Source: Candidatus Freyarchaeum deiterrae (GTDB lineage Archaea > Asgardarchaeota > Jordiarchaeia > Jordiarchaeales > Jordiarchaeaceae). From it: DNA of 64,000 bases. Positions 9,605-20,273 of this stretch are shown here, piece by piece (within the stretch, counting starts at the first letter, position 1; the number at the start of each line of letters is the position of its first letter). The notes under the pieces are model-generated. The model was not told the DNA's origin, ran no database searches, and saw nothing but the letters and a program-made list of their open reading frames with translations. The DNA is taken from the NCBI GenBank assembly GCA_037305845.1, contig CP147778.1, forward strand, positions 832,001 through 896,000. The letters are read 5' to 3'. The position numbers and the translations under genes are program-made.

Positions 9605-11797
9605 TTGATGAGATCCGCGGTGGTTCGAGTATCAGAGGCGAAGCCCCGAGATGTAGGACATGGAATTGTTAGGGTTGATCCCCAAGTCGCTGAAAAACTC
9701 AACATAACCACAGGGGATACAGTTGAGATTGTTGGCAAGAAAAGAACCGTGGCGCTGTCTTGGTATGGTTATCCAGAGGATAGAGGGAATCAAATCATAA
9801 GAATTGATGGCGCATCACGAAGGAATGCTGGTGTAGGGATTGATGATAAGGCAAGTATTAGAAGAATCGATGCTCGACCCGCTACCAAGCTGGTTTTGGC
9901 TCCTACTGAAAACCTCAGCTTGACCGAAGGAGAAGAATATTTCAAAAAAATCTTAGAGGGTAGAGCAGTTACTTCCGGTGACTATCTGGAAATACCCGTG
10001 ATGGGTGAAAAGATTCTGCTAGTAGTAGCTTCTTATAAGCCAAAATGTGAAGCGATAATCGTAAACAAGGGAACGGAAATAAAAATCAACCCCAAACCAG
10101 TTAAGGAAATTAAAGATACCAGTGTGCGTAAGGTCTCATACGAGGATATCGGTGGTCTGCATGAGGAGGTTAGGCGAGTGCGTGAAATGATTGAGCTTCC
10201 TCTACGCCACCCTGAGGTATTCGATCGTCTGGGAATCTCTGCGCCCAAGGGGGTTTTGTTGCACGGACCACCAGGAACAGGAAAAACACTTCTCGCGAAA
10301 GCGGTTGCAAACGAAACCGAAGCATACTTTGTCGCCATAAGCGGCCCAGAAATCATGAGTAAATTCTACGGTGAGAGCGAAGGCAGACTGAGGGAAATAT
10401 TCCGAGACGCGGAGAGAAACGCCCCCAGCATAGTCTTTATAGACGAGCTTGATAGCATAGCCCCAAAAAGGGAAGAAGTAACAGGGGAAGTGGAGCGAAG
10501 AGTCGTCGCCCAACTCCTAGCACTAATGGATGGTTTACAATCCCGGGGTGAACTGGTTGTTATAGGTGGCACCAACCGACCTAATGCTCTCGACCCTGCT
10601 CTGAGGCGGGGAGGGCGTTTCGATAGGGAAATCGAATTCGGCATACCCAACAAGCAAGCCCGGTTAGAAATATTACAGATACACACCCGAGGAATGCCGC
10701 TGGCAGACGATGTGGATCTAAAATTTATATCAGAGTACACGCATGGTTTTGTAGGCGCTGACATCGAGGCGCTGTGTAAAGAAGCAGCTATGCTTGCTTT
10801 AAGAAGAGTTCTGCCCGAGATATATTTAGAAACAGATAGTATACCAGCAGAAGTGCTAAACAAGATAGAAGTAAACATGCAAGACTTTACTAATGCTCTC
10901 AGAAACATTGAACCATCCGCCATGAGAGAAGTCCTAGTAGAAGTCCCGAACGTAAAGTGGGAGGAAGTTGGGGGATTGCTGGAAGCAAAACAGCAACTAA
11001 TAGAAACTGTGGAATGGCCCCTCAAATATGGCAAGTTTTTCAACCATATGGGTGCAAAACCTCTGAAGGGAATATTCCTGCACGGCCCACCGGGAACTGG
11101 TAAGACTCTGCTGGTTAAGGCTCTGGCGAACGAGAGTCAGGCGAACTTCATCTCCATTAAGGGTCCGGAGTTTCTTAGCAAGTATGTTGGAGAGAGTGAG
11201 AGAGCGGTTAGAGAGACTTTTAGAAAAGCGAGACAATCAGCTCCCTGCATCGTATTCTTTGACGAGATTGACGCTATCGCTCCGGTTCGCGGTATGGGTT
11301 TCGGCGACTCTCATGTTTCCGAGAGGGTTATAAGCCAGATACTCACCGAAATGGACGGTTTAGAAGAACTCCACAACGTTGTTGTCGTTGCTGCAACCAA
11401 TAGACCGGATATCGTGGATCACGCATTACTGCGACCAGGCAGATTTGACCGCATAGTTTACATTCCTATTCCAGACAAAGAGTCAAGGATGGAGATTTTC
11501 AAAATCCACACTGCTCACAGTCCAATTGACAGAGATATAGACTTGAAAGAATTGGCGGAGAGGACTGATGGCTATACCGGAGCAGATATTTACGCTATCT
11601 GTAACGAGGCTATTATGATTGCAATAAGGGAGTATATAATGAGCAACCAGATAGACGAAAAAACCGAAGACTTCCAGACGTACACAATTAAAAGGAGCCA
11701 CTTCGAAAAAGCTTTGGAGAGAGTTAAACCGCTAACGAAAGGGCAAATAGAAAGATACGAAGAGATAGCCAGAAACTTCGCTGAAGGTTTGGCATAA
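9605..11797 (+). CDS. cdc48: CDC48/VCP family AAA ATPase
   Basis: N-domain plus two AAA modules (GPPGTGKT twice, [31 protein letters not shown]). Confidence 0.95.
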   Translation: MMRSAVVRVSEAKPRDVGHGIVRVDPQVAEKLNITTGDTVEIVGKKRTVALSWYGYPEDRGNQIIRIDGASRRNAGVGIDDKASIRRIDARPATKLVLAPTENLSLTEGEEYFKKILEGRAVTSGDYLEIPVMGEKILLVVASYKPKCEAIIVNKGTEIKINPKPVKEIKDTSVRKVSYEDIGGLHEEVRRVREMIELPLRHPEVFDRLGISAPKGVLLHGPPGTGKTLLAKAVANETEAYFVAISGPEIMSKFYGESEGRLREIFRDAERNAPSIVFIDELDSIAPKREEVTGEVERRVVAQLLALMDGLQSRGELVVIGGTNRPNALDPALRRGGRFDREIEFGIPNKQARLEILQIHTRGMPLADDVDLKFISEYTHGFVGADIEALCKEAAMLALRRVLPEIYLETDSIPAEVLNKIEVNMQDFTNALRNIEPSAMREVLVEVPNVKWEEVGGLLEAKQQLIETVEWPLKYGKFFNHMGAKPLKGIFLHGPPGTGKTLLVKALANESQANFISIKGPEFLSKYVGESERAVRETFRKARQSAPCIVFFDEIDAIAPVRGMGFGDSHVSERVISQILTEMDGLEELHNVVVVAATNRPDIVDHALLRPGRFDRIVYIPIPDKESRMEIFKIHTAHSPIDRDIDLKELAERTDGYTGADIYAICNEAIMIAIREYIMSNQIDEKTEDFQTYTIKRSHFEKALERVKPLTKGQIERYEEIARNFAEGLA

Positions 11798-11882
11798 AGC
11801 TCTAAAAATTCAGAGACTAAAAATGAGAGAAAGGGCTACACGAATCAGACGAAGTGTTATACCGGTTCTTTAAAATAATGAG

Positions 11883-11921
11883 CAGGGAAGGTTTTTTCCT
11901 TCGCCTGTGATTCTTTTTCTT
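11883..11921. terminator. Hairpin plus T-tract between convergent cdc48 and roadblock genes
   Basis: gaagg-tttttt-ccttc stem followed by ttctttttcttt. Confidence 0.4.
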
Positions 11922-12305
11922 TTACATTTGTTTAAGTACGCCAACTATCTTTTCTCCGGCTCTTTTCATTTCCACTAGTAGAAGCCCGAGATTGGCTCCA
12001 GATTTGGTTATCGCTGATAATACGGCTTCTGATCCTACTCCTCTAAGTATTATGTCACCTCTACTCCCGCTGACTATTACCTTGTCCATTTCTCCTCTTG
12101 CGAGTTCCGTTACAGCTCTGTTTCCTATGTTAAGGAGAGCGGCGCTCATAGCTGCGATTAAGCCCTCGTCTGCACTCTTAGGTAGAGCTGAGGCCATTAC
12201 CAGACCATCTGTCCTCACTATAGCAGAAGATTCTATATCTGGGTCAGCATCTTCCATGCCTTTTAATAGGCCTTCGAGTTCATTTTTCCAACTCTTCGAC
12301 GGCAT
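11922..12305 (-). CDS. Roadblock/LC7 (MglB-like) domain protein
   Basis: SAIVRTDGLVMASALP, IAAMSAALL, ELARGEMDKVIVSG, NLGLLLVEMKRA; ATG 12305 follows an AGGTGA RBS. Confidence 0.9.
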   Translation of the reverse strand: MPSKSWKNELEGLLKGMEDADPDIESSAIVRTDGLVMASALPKSADEGLIAAMSAALLNIGNRAVTELARGEMDKVIVSGSRGDIILRGVGSEAVLSAITKSGANLGLLLVEMKRAGEKIVGVLKQM

Positions 12306-12683
12306 ATTTTTTCTCACCTGTTAGACTTATTTTATTTCCAACATAATTAAAGTTTCCATTTTTGAGGAACATATTATTCTGTTTTTTAGTAAAATCTACT
12401 TATTAAGGTTTATTTTTGCTTAAAATCCCCCCCGAAATGATGTATCAGTTTCTAGGCGCTTGTATGAACTATTCTTTGCGTTTTTCTAATTGAAAATTTT
12501 GAAATAGTGAATATACATACCCCATGTGAGATTCTGTACTTCTAAAAAATTTGGGTAAAGTAATTGAGAAATGTTATATATTTTAGCAGCTTGGTAATCA
12601 CTAGATAAGAGAACTTCTGGAATATTCAATGGTTTTCCGTTGAGAATTTTCTCAAAATACCATTGCTTAAAGAGATGTTATAA

Positions 12684-13112
12684 ATGAGCCGACTCTCAAG
12701 GAGGATTCGTGGGCGGAGTGAATCCAAGGTAAAGAAGATTTTGAAGGTTCGAATTAAGAGTGAGGTTGTGGAGGGTGTTCTGGAGGCTTGTAGAAATGTT
12801 CATCCTAGAGAATTTCTAGGTCTTCTCAGAGCAGAAGAAGGTGTGATTACTGAAATCGTTCTTGCTCCAGCAAGCATTTACGGTAGAGGGGTGGCACAGT
12901 TTCAACCCCACATGCTACCGTTTGACTTCTCGCTTGTAGGAAGCATTCACTCACACCCATCCGGTTCTGGTAGACCCTCTACTCAGGACCTTAACTCTAT
13001 GTTTAATTTCGGTGTAGTACACATTATTGTAACTTTCCCCTACAGCAGCCATCAAGACCTGCACACGTACGACAAAAGGGGAAACCCCATTCAATGCGAA
13101 GTTGTAGAATAA
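12684..13112 (+). CDS. JAB1/MPN/Mov34 (JAMM) metalloprotease
   Basis: HPREFLGLL and HSHPSGSGRPSTQD (E...HxH-x7-S-x2-D). Confidence 0.9.
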   Translation: MSRLSRRIRGRSESKVKKILKVRIKSEVVEGVLEACRNVHPREFLGLLRAEEGVITEIVLAPASIYGRGVAQFQPHMLPFDFSLVGSIHSHPSGSGRPSTQDLNSMFNFGVVHIIVTFPYSSHQDLHTYDKRGNPIQCEVVE

Positions 13113-13257
13113 TCCAATATGGAATCTCCATTCAAGAGGGTTAGATAAAAAAATTAAATATAAAAAGCAGGACAAAGAAAGTGGTATAGATAAAAATAAT
13201 AACACTGTTGTACTAGTATTTTTAGTTTTTAGACGGGTGCTTTTGAGGTGAGAGTTT

Positions 13258-14097
13258 TTGTGCAAATTTTGTTACAAGCACGGAGCCGGTAATAGATGGT
13301 ATCTGAACGAAAGAAACCTTTCCGTGAAATTGGCAAAAGAGCTAGGATACGAACAATGGGAGCTGGATCACTGGAAACTAATCGACAAAGTCTATGGTGA
13401 CGCAACAAAAATGTTAGCGGGCGTACTCAACGACCCCAAAATGCTGGAGCCAACAAAAATGATGCTTGAACAAATGATACAAAAAGACGAAGGCCCACGA
13501 GTTTTCCCAGAGGGTCACCTTGGACAGGTGATTACACTAGAAGAGGCTAAAAAGATTTGTGAAGTATCTGGAGACGTTTACAGAGTTATGTGCCCCTGTC
13601 GCAGGATGAACCGAAACGAGAAAGTGTATACCTGTATGCCGTTAGGATTACACGGTGAGACTGTGGAGGGATACGTAGACCACGCTCCAAAGGGAGTGGA
13701 GAGACTAACCGTTGCGGAAGGACAGGAATTCTTGGATGAATGCGATGAAAAGGGAATGGTTCACACAATAGCGGGAACACCACTTCCAATGGCATTCGCA
13801 ATGTGTAATTGCCAATATCCAGAATGCATCGCCCTAAGACCGAGAATAGATTTTGACATTCACCACTTCCTTAAGGGACACTACGTGGCAAATGTAAACA
13901 TAGACAATTGTACAGGATGCGGAAGCTGTGCGATGCGCTGCCAGTTCGGAGCAATAACTATCCAACCCACACTAGGCAGAGCCCACATCAACCAGTTCAA
14001 GTGCTTCGGGTGCGGAGTATGTAGAGGCGCATGCCCAGTGGGTGCGATATCTCTGCTTCAGAGAGAGGATATTCCAGCATTAAGAGAGGAGTGGTAA
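13258..14097 (+). CDS. 4Fe-4S dicluster-binding protein
   Basis: CPCR, MCNCQYPEC, and C-terminal CTGCGSCAMRCQ and CFGCGVCRGACP. Confidence 0.8.
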   Translation: MCKFCYKHGAGNRWYLNERNLSVKLAKELGYEQWELDHWKLIDKVYGDATKMLAGVLNDPKMLEPTKMMLEQMIQKDEGPRVFPEGHLGQVITLEEAKKICEVSGDVYRVMCPCRRMNRNEKVYTCMPLGLHGETVEGYVDHAPKGVERLTVAEGQEFLDECDEKGMVHTIAGTPLPMAFAMCNCQYPECIALRPRIDFDIHHFLKGHYVANVNIDNCTGCGSCAMRCQFGAITIQPTLGRAHINQFKCFGCGVCRGACPVGAISLLQREDIPALREEW

Positions 14098-14101
14098 ATA
14101 G

Positions 14102-14341
14102 ATGGCAGCCAAAGTTTCTGTCGAGTGGTTTGAAAACAAGTGCCCCAAACCGCAGGATTGCGGAAAATGTTTAGAGGTATGCCCCAGCACGGTTTTCGTC
14201 ATGTATGCAACAGAAAGGGAGCGTTACAAAGTACCAGAGCACTATGTGATTGTACCATCATTCGCAAACTTCTGTGTAACATGCAACAAGTGTACAGACA
14301 TCTGCCCCAACGACGCGATTAAAGTTGAAGTAAAACAATAA
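14102..14341 (+). CDS. 2x[4Fe-4S] ferredoxin
   Basis: CPKPQDCGKCLEVCP and CVTCNKCTDICP. Confidence 0.85.
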   Translation: MAAKVSVEWFENKCPKPQDCGKCLEVCPSTVFVMYATERERYKVPEHYVIVPSFANFCVTCNKCTDICPNDAIKVEVKQ

Positions 14342-14594
14342 GGTGAGGAGACATAAAATAACATTAGGGCGACTTTTTAATGGCCCTTATTTTTTATTTT
14401 TCTTTTTTTCTGTGTTTTTGGTTTTTTATCTTGGGTTTTCCTTTTTGTTTTTCTGGGATATTTTTTAATATTTTTCTTCATTATTATTGGTTGTTTTTGA
14501 ATTTTGAGGAGGGAGAGGCTTGTTACTCATTTATTGGTAGCAACTCTTATATGTTAGGATGGGTGTATTTTCATCGAAATCTAGGTGGATTGAT

Positions 14595-15302
14595 ATGCCC
14601 TCAGAAAATATTCGCACCGCAATAAAGAGTTTGGCGGAAGGAAAATTCATTTTGTTGTTCGACAGGGAAGGCAGAGAAGGAGAAGTAGATCTGGTGAAGC
14701 TTGCAGAGATGGTTAAACCAGAAGATGTTTTCACATTGAGGCGTGATGCTGGTGGCTTAATATGTGTTGCAATGCATCCGGAAATCTGGCACCGCTGGGA
14801 GCTGCCTTTTCTCCATGAGTTGTTTCAATCATGCTATTGTAATTATGGAGTTCTTCAAGCTTTGATTCCCAACGATATTCCGTACGATGAGAAATCCGCT
14901 TTCTCGGTGACCGTTAATCACAGGAAAACATTTACAGGAGTAACCGATAAGGATAGGGCTTTAACTATTAGAGAACTGGGATTGTTGGGAAAGAATACTT
15001 ACTATAGCAAAAGTGACAACAATTGGAAGGAGGAATTGGGTAGAAATTTCCGATCCCCGGGTCATGTGCATCTCTTGTTAGCCACAGATGGTTTGTTGAG
15101 AAAGCGTCAGGGTCATACTGAGCTCACTGTTTCCTTAGCAGAGATGGGGTCATTGAATCCGGTTTTGGTTCTCTGTGAGATGCTCGACGGAAAAACGGGA
15201 AAGGCTCTTTCGGTTAACGATGCAAAAAAGTATGCACAAAAGAATAATCTGGTTTATGTTAGCGGCGTGGAGATAATGGATGAGTATTTAAAGAGGGCTT
15301 AG
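14595..15302 (+). CDS. ribB: 3,4-dihydroxy-2-butanone-4-phosphate synthase
   Basis: DREGREGEVDL, GGLICVA, YDEKSAFS, TGVTDKDRALT, FRSPGHV, RQGHTE, CEMLD; start at ATG 14595 after AGGTGG. Confidence 0.95.
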   Translation: MPSENIRTAIKSLAEGKFILLFDREGREGEVDLVKLAEMVKPEDVFTLRRDAGGLICVAMHPEIWHRWELPFLHELFQSCYCNYGVLQALIPNDIPYDEKSAFSVTVNHRKTFTGVTDKDRALTIRELGLLGKNTYYSKSDNNWKEELGRNFRSPGHVHLLLATDGLLRKRQGHTELTVSLAEMGSLNPVLVLCEMLDGKTGKALSVNDAKKYAQKNNLVYVSGVEIMDEYLKRA

Positions 15303-15303
15303 A

Positions 15304-15777
15304 ATGGCTAAAGTGAACGTGGGCGTTACAGACACAACATTTGCGCGTTACGACATGGCTAAGGTAGCTATTGAGGAGATGGAAGATAACAGCTCAAAGG
15401 TGAACATAATAAGGTACACTGTTCCCGGAGTGAAGGATCTTCCGGTAGCATCGAAAAAGCTGATAGAGGAGTATGGTTGCGAAATAGTTATGGCTATCGG
15501 AATGCCCGGGGCGGAACCCATCGATAAGCTGTGTGCACACGAAGCTGCGCTGGGCATAATAGACGCACAGATCTTAACTAACAAACACGTTATTGAGTGC
15601 TTTGTTTACGAGGATGAAGCAGAAACTCCTGAAGAGTTGGCGTCAGTGTGCGAAGACCGTGCCCGAAAACACGCTAGGAATGTGCTAAGACTTTTGTTCG
15701 ATAAGGAGTGGCTAACTAAAAATGCGGGGCAAGGGTTAAGACAGGGCCGCCAAGATGTGGGGCCTCTAAAACCGTGA
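15304..15777 (+). CDS. ribC: Archaeal (pentameric) riboflavin synthase
   Basis: VTDTTFARYDM, RYTVPGVKDLPVASKKLIEEYGC, AGQGLRQG. Confidence 0.95.
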   Translation: MAKVNVGVTDTTFARYDMAKVAIEEMEDNSSKVNIIRYTVPGVKDLPVASKKLIEEYGCEIVMAIGMPGAEPIDKLCAHEAALGIIDAQILTNKHVIECFVYEDEAETPEELASVCEDRARKHARNVLRLLFDKEWLTKNAGQGLRQGRQDVGPLKP

Positions 15778-15791
15778 TGTGAGGTATTGTT

Positions 15792-16208
15792 ATGGAAGAA
15801 AAAATAAGATTGGGTATTGTTGTTTCAGAATTTAATTACGATATAACGTATATGATGCTTCAGAGAGCGCTAGACCATGTCGAGTTTCTGGGTGCCACTG
15901 TTGAAAAAGTACTGAAAGTACCCGGAGCTTTCGATATGCCTCTCGCTATTAAGAAGCTCCTCGGAATGGACGAAATTGACGCGGTGGTCACCTTAGGTAC
16001 CGTCCTTAAGGGAGACACAGACCACGATCAGGTGGTAGCTCAGCATGCCGCGCGAAAAATGATGGATCTAGCTTTAGAGTACGGAAAGCCGGTTACGTTA
16101 GGTGTATCCGGACCAGGAGTGACTAGGGCTGAAGCAACGGAGAGAATTGATGAGTATGCGAAGAGGTCCGTTGAATCTGCCGTGAAGATGGTTAGGCGTC
16201 TTAAATAG
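15792..16208 (+). CDS. ribH: 6,7-dimethyl-8-ribityllumazine synthase
   Basis: [37 protein letters not shown]. Confidence 0.95.
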   Translation: MEEKIRLGIVVSEFNYDITYMMLQRALDHVEFLGATVEKVLKVPGAFDMPLAIKKLLGMDEIDAVVTLGTVLKGDTDHDQVVAQHAARKMMDLALEYGKPVTLGVSGPGVTRAEATERIDEYAKRSVESAVKMVRRLK

Positions 16209-16247
16209 AATATAATCGTTGTAGTAGAGTAGTAGAGGCGGAGTAGT

Positions 16248-17012
16248 ATGATTCAATTGACTTTGATACAGCTTGACAACTACGGTCCTTGGACTGAACT
16301 GTTGGGTACTGATCGTGAGCCTGATTTGCAGATATTGCAAGCTGAAATCTACGCGGATCTTCAGAGAATGTTTGCCTTAAAGAGGGGTTTGGTTTTCTTT
16401 AATCGTTTTGATAACATGATTGCTGTGTCCAATGGTATATCTGTTAAGGATCATGAATTGATGCTGAGAAGTGTGTCTAGGAGATATCCGGTTTCTGTTA
16501 GTATGGGTATAGGTTCCGCCGAATCGCCCTATGAAGCCCAGGTGTTAGCCACGAGGGTTCTTCAAGATGTTGGTAGTGCGCATTCCCAAACTAGGAAGGA
16601 AGTCCTTGTACAAGCGTCTAATGATGACAGCGGGCCGGATTACGTTCAGATCGCGCACATAGACGTGAATAAGTTTACAAGGGATGTTGTCGACCGTGAA
16701 TCGGCTTATCAGAGTTCTATTATGATTTATTCCGCCACTTCTATTCTCATGAGAATGTTTGCGAATAAGGGTGCCATTCTATTTTTTGTCAGTGGGGACA
16801 ATTTTATGGCTATTTGTAATGGTTTGAAGAAGAATGACTTCAAGGAGATATTCGACAAGTTTGAGGCAAGCATAAATCTGAAGCTTAAAGCAGGAGTTGG
16901 CTTTGGTAAAAACGCTTTAGATGCCTTATCGATAGCGAATGAGGGTCTCTCTCTGATTAGGGAAAAGAAGACTAATGAGGCAATCGTTATTAGCGAGGAA
17001 GAGAAGCTTTAA
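16248..17012 (+). CDS. gch3: GTP cyclohydrolase III (ArfA)
   Basis: IQLDNYGPWT, REPDLQILQA, RFDNMIA, IAHIDVN, GDNFM. Confidence 0.9.
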   Translation: MIQLTLIQLDNYGPWTELLGTDREPDLQILQAEIYADLQRMFALKRGLVFFNRFDNMIAVSNGISVKDHELMLRSVSRRYPVSVSMGIGSAESPYEAQVLATRVLQDVGSAHSQTRKEVLVQASNDDSGPDYVQIAHIDVNKFTRDVVDRESAYQSSIMIYSATSILMRMFANKGAILFFVSGDNFMAICNGLKKNDFKEIFDKFEASINLKLKAGVGFGKNALDALSIANEGLSLIREKKTNEAIVISEEEKL

Positions 17013-17015
17013 GCC

Positions 17016-18176
17016 ATGTCTTACACCATTTACTCGGACTTCTGTCTGGTGGGAAGAGAACTAGAACTACTGGAAGAGGTTTACATAACAATCTCGAGTG
17101 AAGGGTATTTCGAAAGTATTTCAGATAAAGCCCCGAGTTCCCGCAACTATTCGGTTTTTGAGGACTGCCTCGTACTTCCTACTTTTATAAATGCTCATAC
17201 ACATGTTGGAGACTCTTTTGCCAAGGAGGAGGGCTACAATTACTCCATAGAGGAAGTGGTTGAATCCCTCCGTGGATTAAAACATAGACTCTTGGCGGAT
17301 GCTTCCGATGAGGAGCTGATGTATGGAATCCATGATTCCTGCTTGGAGATGTTATTCTCGGGTACATCTACCTTCGTTGATTTTAGAGAGGGTGGATTGA
17401 AAGGGATAAACCTCATGAACGAGGCAACAAAAGATTTACCCATTACGGTTATAAAACTGGGTCGACCTACCCAAGAAACATCTCTGGGAGAGCTGATTCC
17501 AGTTGTCGACGGAATCGGGTTAAGTTCCACAAATGGTTACACAGATAAGGAATTAAAACAGATTTCAAGAAAATGCAAGGAGAGCGGAAAAATCGTCGCG
17601 GTTCACGCTTCGGAAACAGAGACGGAGAGAAAAATAGCTTGCGAAAAATATGGATTTTCAGACATTAAGAGAGCCATAACTGTTCTAGACGCTGATGTCC
17701 TAGTCCACCTGACTCATGCGGAAGAGGAAGATATAAGGTTATTAAATGGTAGAAGAGTGGTTTGTTGCCCTCGTGCAAACTCTTACTTCGGTGTGGGTTT
17801 CCCTCCGGTGCGTGAACTAGTAGAGGCGGGAATGAATGTTTGTCTGGGAACCGATAATGTTATGGCTAACTCTTTAGACCTTTTCAGGGAAATGGAATTC
17901 TTGGGGAAAACACTGAGGGGAATATATGGTAAAAATGCGCTGCACTCCAAGAAAATTATCGAAATGGTTACAGTTAATCCCTCCGATGCGTTTAATTTAC
18001 AGTCGGGATGGATAGGCGAGGGAAGAAACGCAGACTTCATGGTTATAGATCTGAACGCTCCCAATATTAGACCAGTCCACAACATTTATCACTCGGTGGT
18101 TCACAGAGCAAAGTCAGAAAATGTGCAACTTGTTTATATTAAGGGTAAAAAGGTGTACGAAAAAGGGAGCATATAA
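17016..18176 (+). CDS. Amidohydrolase-superfamily metallo-deaminase inside the riboflavin operon
   Basis: NAHTHVGD, HASET, VHLTH, CPRAN, LGTDN motifs. Confidence 0.8.
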   Translation: MSYTIYSDFCLVGRELELLEEVYITISSEGYFESISDKAPSSRNYSVFEDCLVLPTFINAHTHVGDSFAKEEGYNYSIEEVVESLRGLKHRLLADASDEELMYGIHDSCLEMLFSGTSTFVDFREGGLKGINLMNEATKDLPITVIKLGRPTQETSLGELIPVVDGIGLSSTNGYTDKELKQISRKCKESGKIVAVHASETETERKIACEKYGFSDIKRAITVLDADVLVHLTHAEEEDIRLLNGRRVVCCPRANSYFGVGFPPVRELVEAGMNVCLGTDNVMANSLDLFREMEFLGKTLRGIYGKNALHSKKIIEMVTVNPSDAFNLQSGWIGEGRNADFMVIDLNAPNIRPVHNIYHSVVHRAKSENVQLVYIKGKKVYEKGSI

Positions 18177-18190
18177 AAGAGGGCTTCAAT

Positions 18191-18859
18191 TTGGGAAAAC
18201 CGTACGTAATCCTTAGCGCTGCCATGAGTGTTGATGGAAAAATCGCAACTCGAGGAGGAGACTCCGCCTACTCTGATGATGAGGACTGGAAACGTGTCCA
18301 TAAACTCAGATCCGAGGTTGACGCCATAATGGTCGGTATTCACACTATTCTTGTAGACGACTCGAAACTCACCTCAAAGGAGGGTAAAAATCCCATTAGA
18401 GTAGTTGTTGACAGCGATGCAAGAACACCTCCCAACGCTAGGGTAATCACTGTACGACCAGAAGTGGAGACAATCATAGCGGTAACAAGCATAGCACCCC
18501 CAGAAAGAATCTCTAATCTACAAAAAAAAGGAGCAAAAATACTAGTCTGCGGAGATGGAGAACTGGTAGACCTAAAAAGTCTCATGGAAAAACTTTTCGA
18601 CCGGGGCGTTAAGAAACTAATGCTTGAAGGAGGAGGAAACGTAAACTGGGGAATGATTAGCAAGGGACTTATTGATGAAATCAGAATAGCAGTCGCCCCC
18701 GTAATAGTCGGGGGAATTGAGGCAATAACCCTAGTCGAGGGCGAAGGGTTCACCAAAGTATCGGAAGGCGTAAAACTAGAACTAATCAACACCGAAAAAG
18801 TAGGCAAAAACTTGGTTCTCACATACAAAATCCTAAGAGATGCCAAGAGGGGATACTAG
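18191..18859 (+). CDS. arfC: 2,5-diamino-6-(ribosylamino)-4(3H)-pyrimidinone 5'-phosphate reductase (Rib7-type, no deaminase domain)
   Basis: AAMSVDGKIA, VHKLRSEVDAIMVG, RVVVDS, LMLEGGG, IDEI. Confidence 0.9.
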   Translation: MGKPYVILSAAMSVDGKIATRGGDSAYSDDEDWKRVHKLRSEVDAIMVGIHTILVDDSKLTSKEGKNPIRVVVDSDARTPPNARVITVRPEVETIIAVTSIAPPERISNLQKKGAKILVCGDGELVDLKSLMEKLFDRGVKKLMLEGGGNVNWGMISKGLIDEIRIAVAPVIVGGIEAITLVEGEGFTKVSEGVKLELINTEKVGKNLVLTYKILRDAKRGY

Positions 18860-19573
18860 GTGAAATCGGTTATACTGCCAATCGGCAGCACAGAACAACA
18901 CGGACCCCACCTCCCCCTAGGCACGGACAGCATAATCGCAAAAAGATTATCCGAAGCGGTAGCCACAGAGCTAAAAGCAGATATACTCCCCGTGATAAAC
19001 TACGGAGTCTCATTCGAACACGCTGATTTTCCGGGAACAGTAAGCATCCGGCCGGAAACACTAACCCAAGCAGTAAGGGAGATATGCGAATCCCTGCTGA
19101 AACGCTATCAGAGTATCGTCATTATCAACTGTCACGGAGGCAACACCACTACGCTTCGGAGCCTAAATTGTGAAAAAACAGTTTTTATTGACTTTTTCAT
19201 CGTTCTGAAAAAAATTATAAACGAAGTAAGAGAAACGAAAATAGGAGGAGTAGGCCACGCCTGTGAGGTTGAGACCTCTCTAATGCTGTACCTTGAACCC
19301 CACTTGGTAAGAAGAGAAAAAATAACAGAAGACATAGTAAAATACGTCCCTCAGGTAGACCCCCAATCAGAAGAACCACTCCCAGACGGTTGGAAAACCA
19401 TAAACTTCTCCAAATCAGGCGTAATCGGCGACCCCACGAAAGCAACCGCAGAAAAGGGAGAAAAAATATTTCACCTCCTAGTCCAAAAAATTACCGAAAC
19501 ACTAAAAGAATCTCAAAAAGGAGAGAAAACAAGAACCAAACCAAAACTAGGAAAAGCGAAAAAGCCAAAGTAA
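18860..19573 (+). CDS. arfB: Creatininase-family formamide hydrolase, probable ArfB
   Basis: LPIGSTEQHGPHLPLGTD, SFEH, NCHGGN, HACEVETS, GVIGDP; last gene of the riboflavin operon. Confidence 0.75.
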   Translation: MKSVILPIGSTEQHGPHLPLGTDSIIAKRLSEAVATELKADILPVINYGVSFEHADFPGTVSIRPETLTQAVREICESLLKRYQSIVIINCHGGNTTTLRSLNCEKTVFIDFFIVLKKIINEVRETKIGGVGHACEVETSLMLYLEPHLVRREKITEDIVKYVPQVDPQSEEPLPDGWKTINFSKSGVIGDPTKATAEKGEKIFHLLVQKITETLKESQKGEKTRTKPKLGKAKKPK

Positions 19574-19618
19574 AGTAAATCCAAAAAGCAAATTAAAGAC
19601 AATATCCATCTGCAAATT

Positions 19619-20140
19619 TTATGAACCCTGTTTTTGAGAATTGAGAATTTTTAGAATGAGGCTATAAAAAAGGTTCATTACGTTTTTACCAGTTTTGGCT
19701 GACGACTCCAAATACTCCGCCCCATGACTCGAAGCGTAACTAAGAGCCTCCTGCTTCTGCACCCTGCGAGAACCACCAAGATCATACTTGTTACCAACAA
19801 GAACCAAAGGCACTTCCCCACCCAAATTTGACTCAGTCTGAGCAAACCAATCATCCAAAACTTGAAAACTGCCGTCACTCGTAATATCAAAAACTATTAC
19901 AGCACCATCAGCCCCCTTGTAAAGAACATTTTCCCCAAATCTAAACTTCTCCGGACCCCCAATCTCGAAAATACTCAGGGTAACATGCCTATCATCAACA
20001 TCCAACTCCTTAGTAAAAATACGCGTTCCAACAGTAGCCCTATACTTCTCCTCAAAAATACCCTGAATATACCTGCGGATAATACTGGTCTTACCAACAC
20101 CAGGCTCCCCAACCAAAACAATCTTAAACGTATACTCCAA
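19619..20140 (-). CDS. Rab-like small GTPase (atypical G3 motif)
   Basis: GEPGVGKTS, YRATVG, EIGGPE (G3 variant), GNKYD, SSAK; start TTG 20140 after GGTGGA. Confidence 0.9.
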   Translation of the reverse strand: MEYTFKIVLVGEPGVGKTSIIRRYIQGIFEEKYRATVGTRIFTKELDVDDRHVTLSIFEIGGPEKFRFGENVLYKGADGAVIVFDITSDGSFQVLDDWFAQTESNLGGEVPLVLVGNKYDLGGSRRVQKQEALSYASSHGAEYLESSAKTGKNVMNLFYSLILKILNSQKQGS

Positions 20141-20273
20141 TCCACCCAACCAAAACAACCCCTAACAAACCTAACCCAACCAAAAAAACCACACACACTA
20201 ACCAAAAAAAACAAAAAATTACAAATAGTACTCCCCGCGAGAATCACTCAACAAGAACAAAAGAAAAGTTAAT

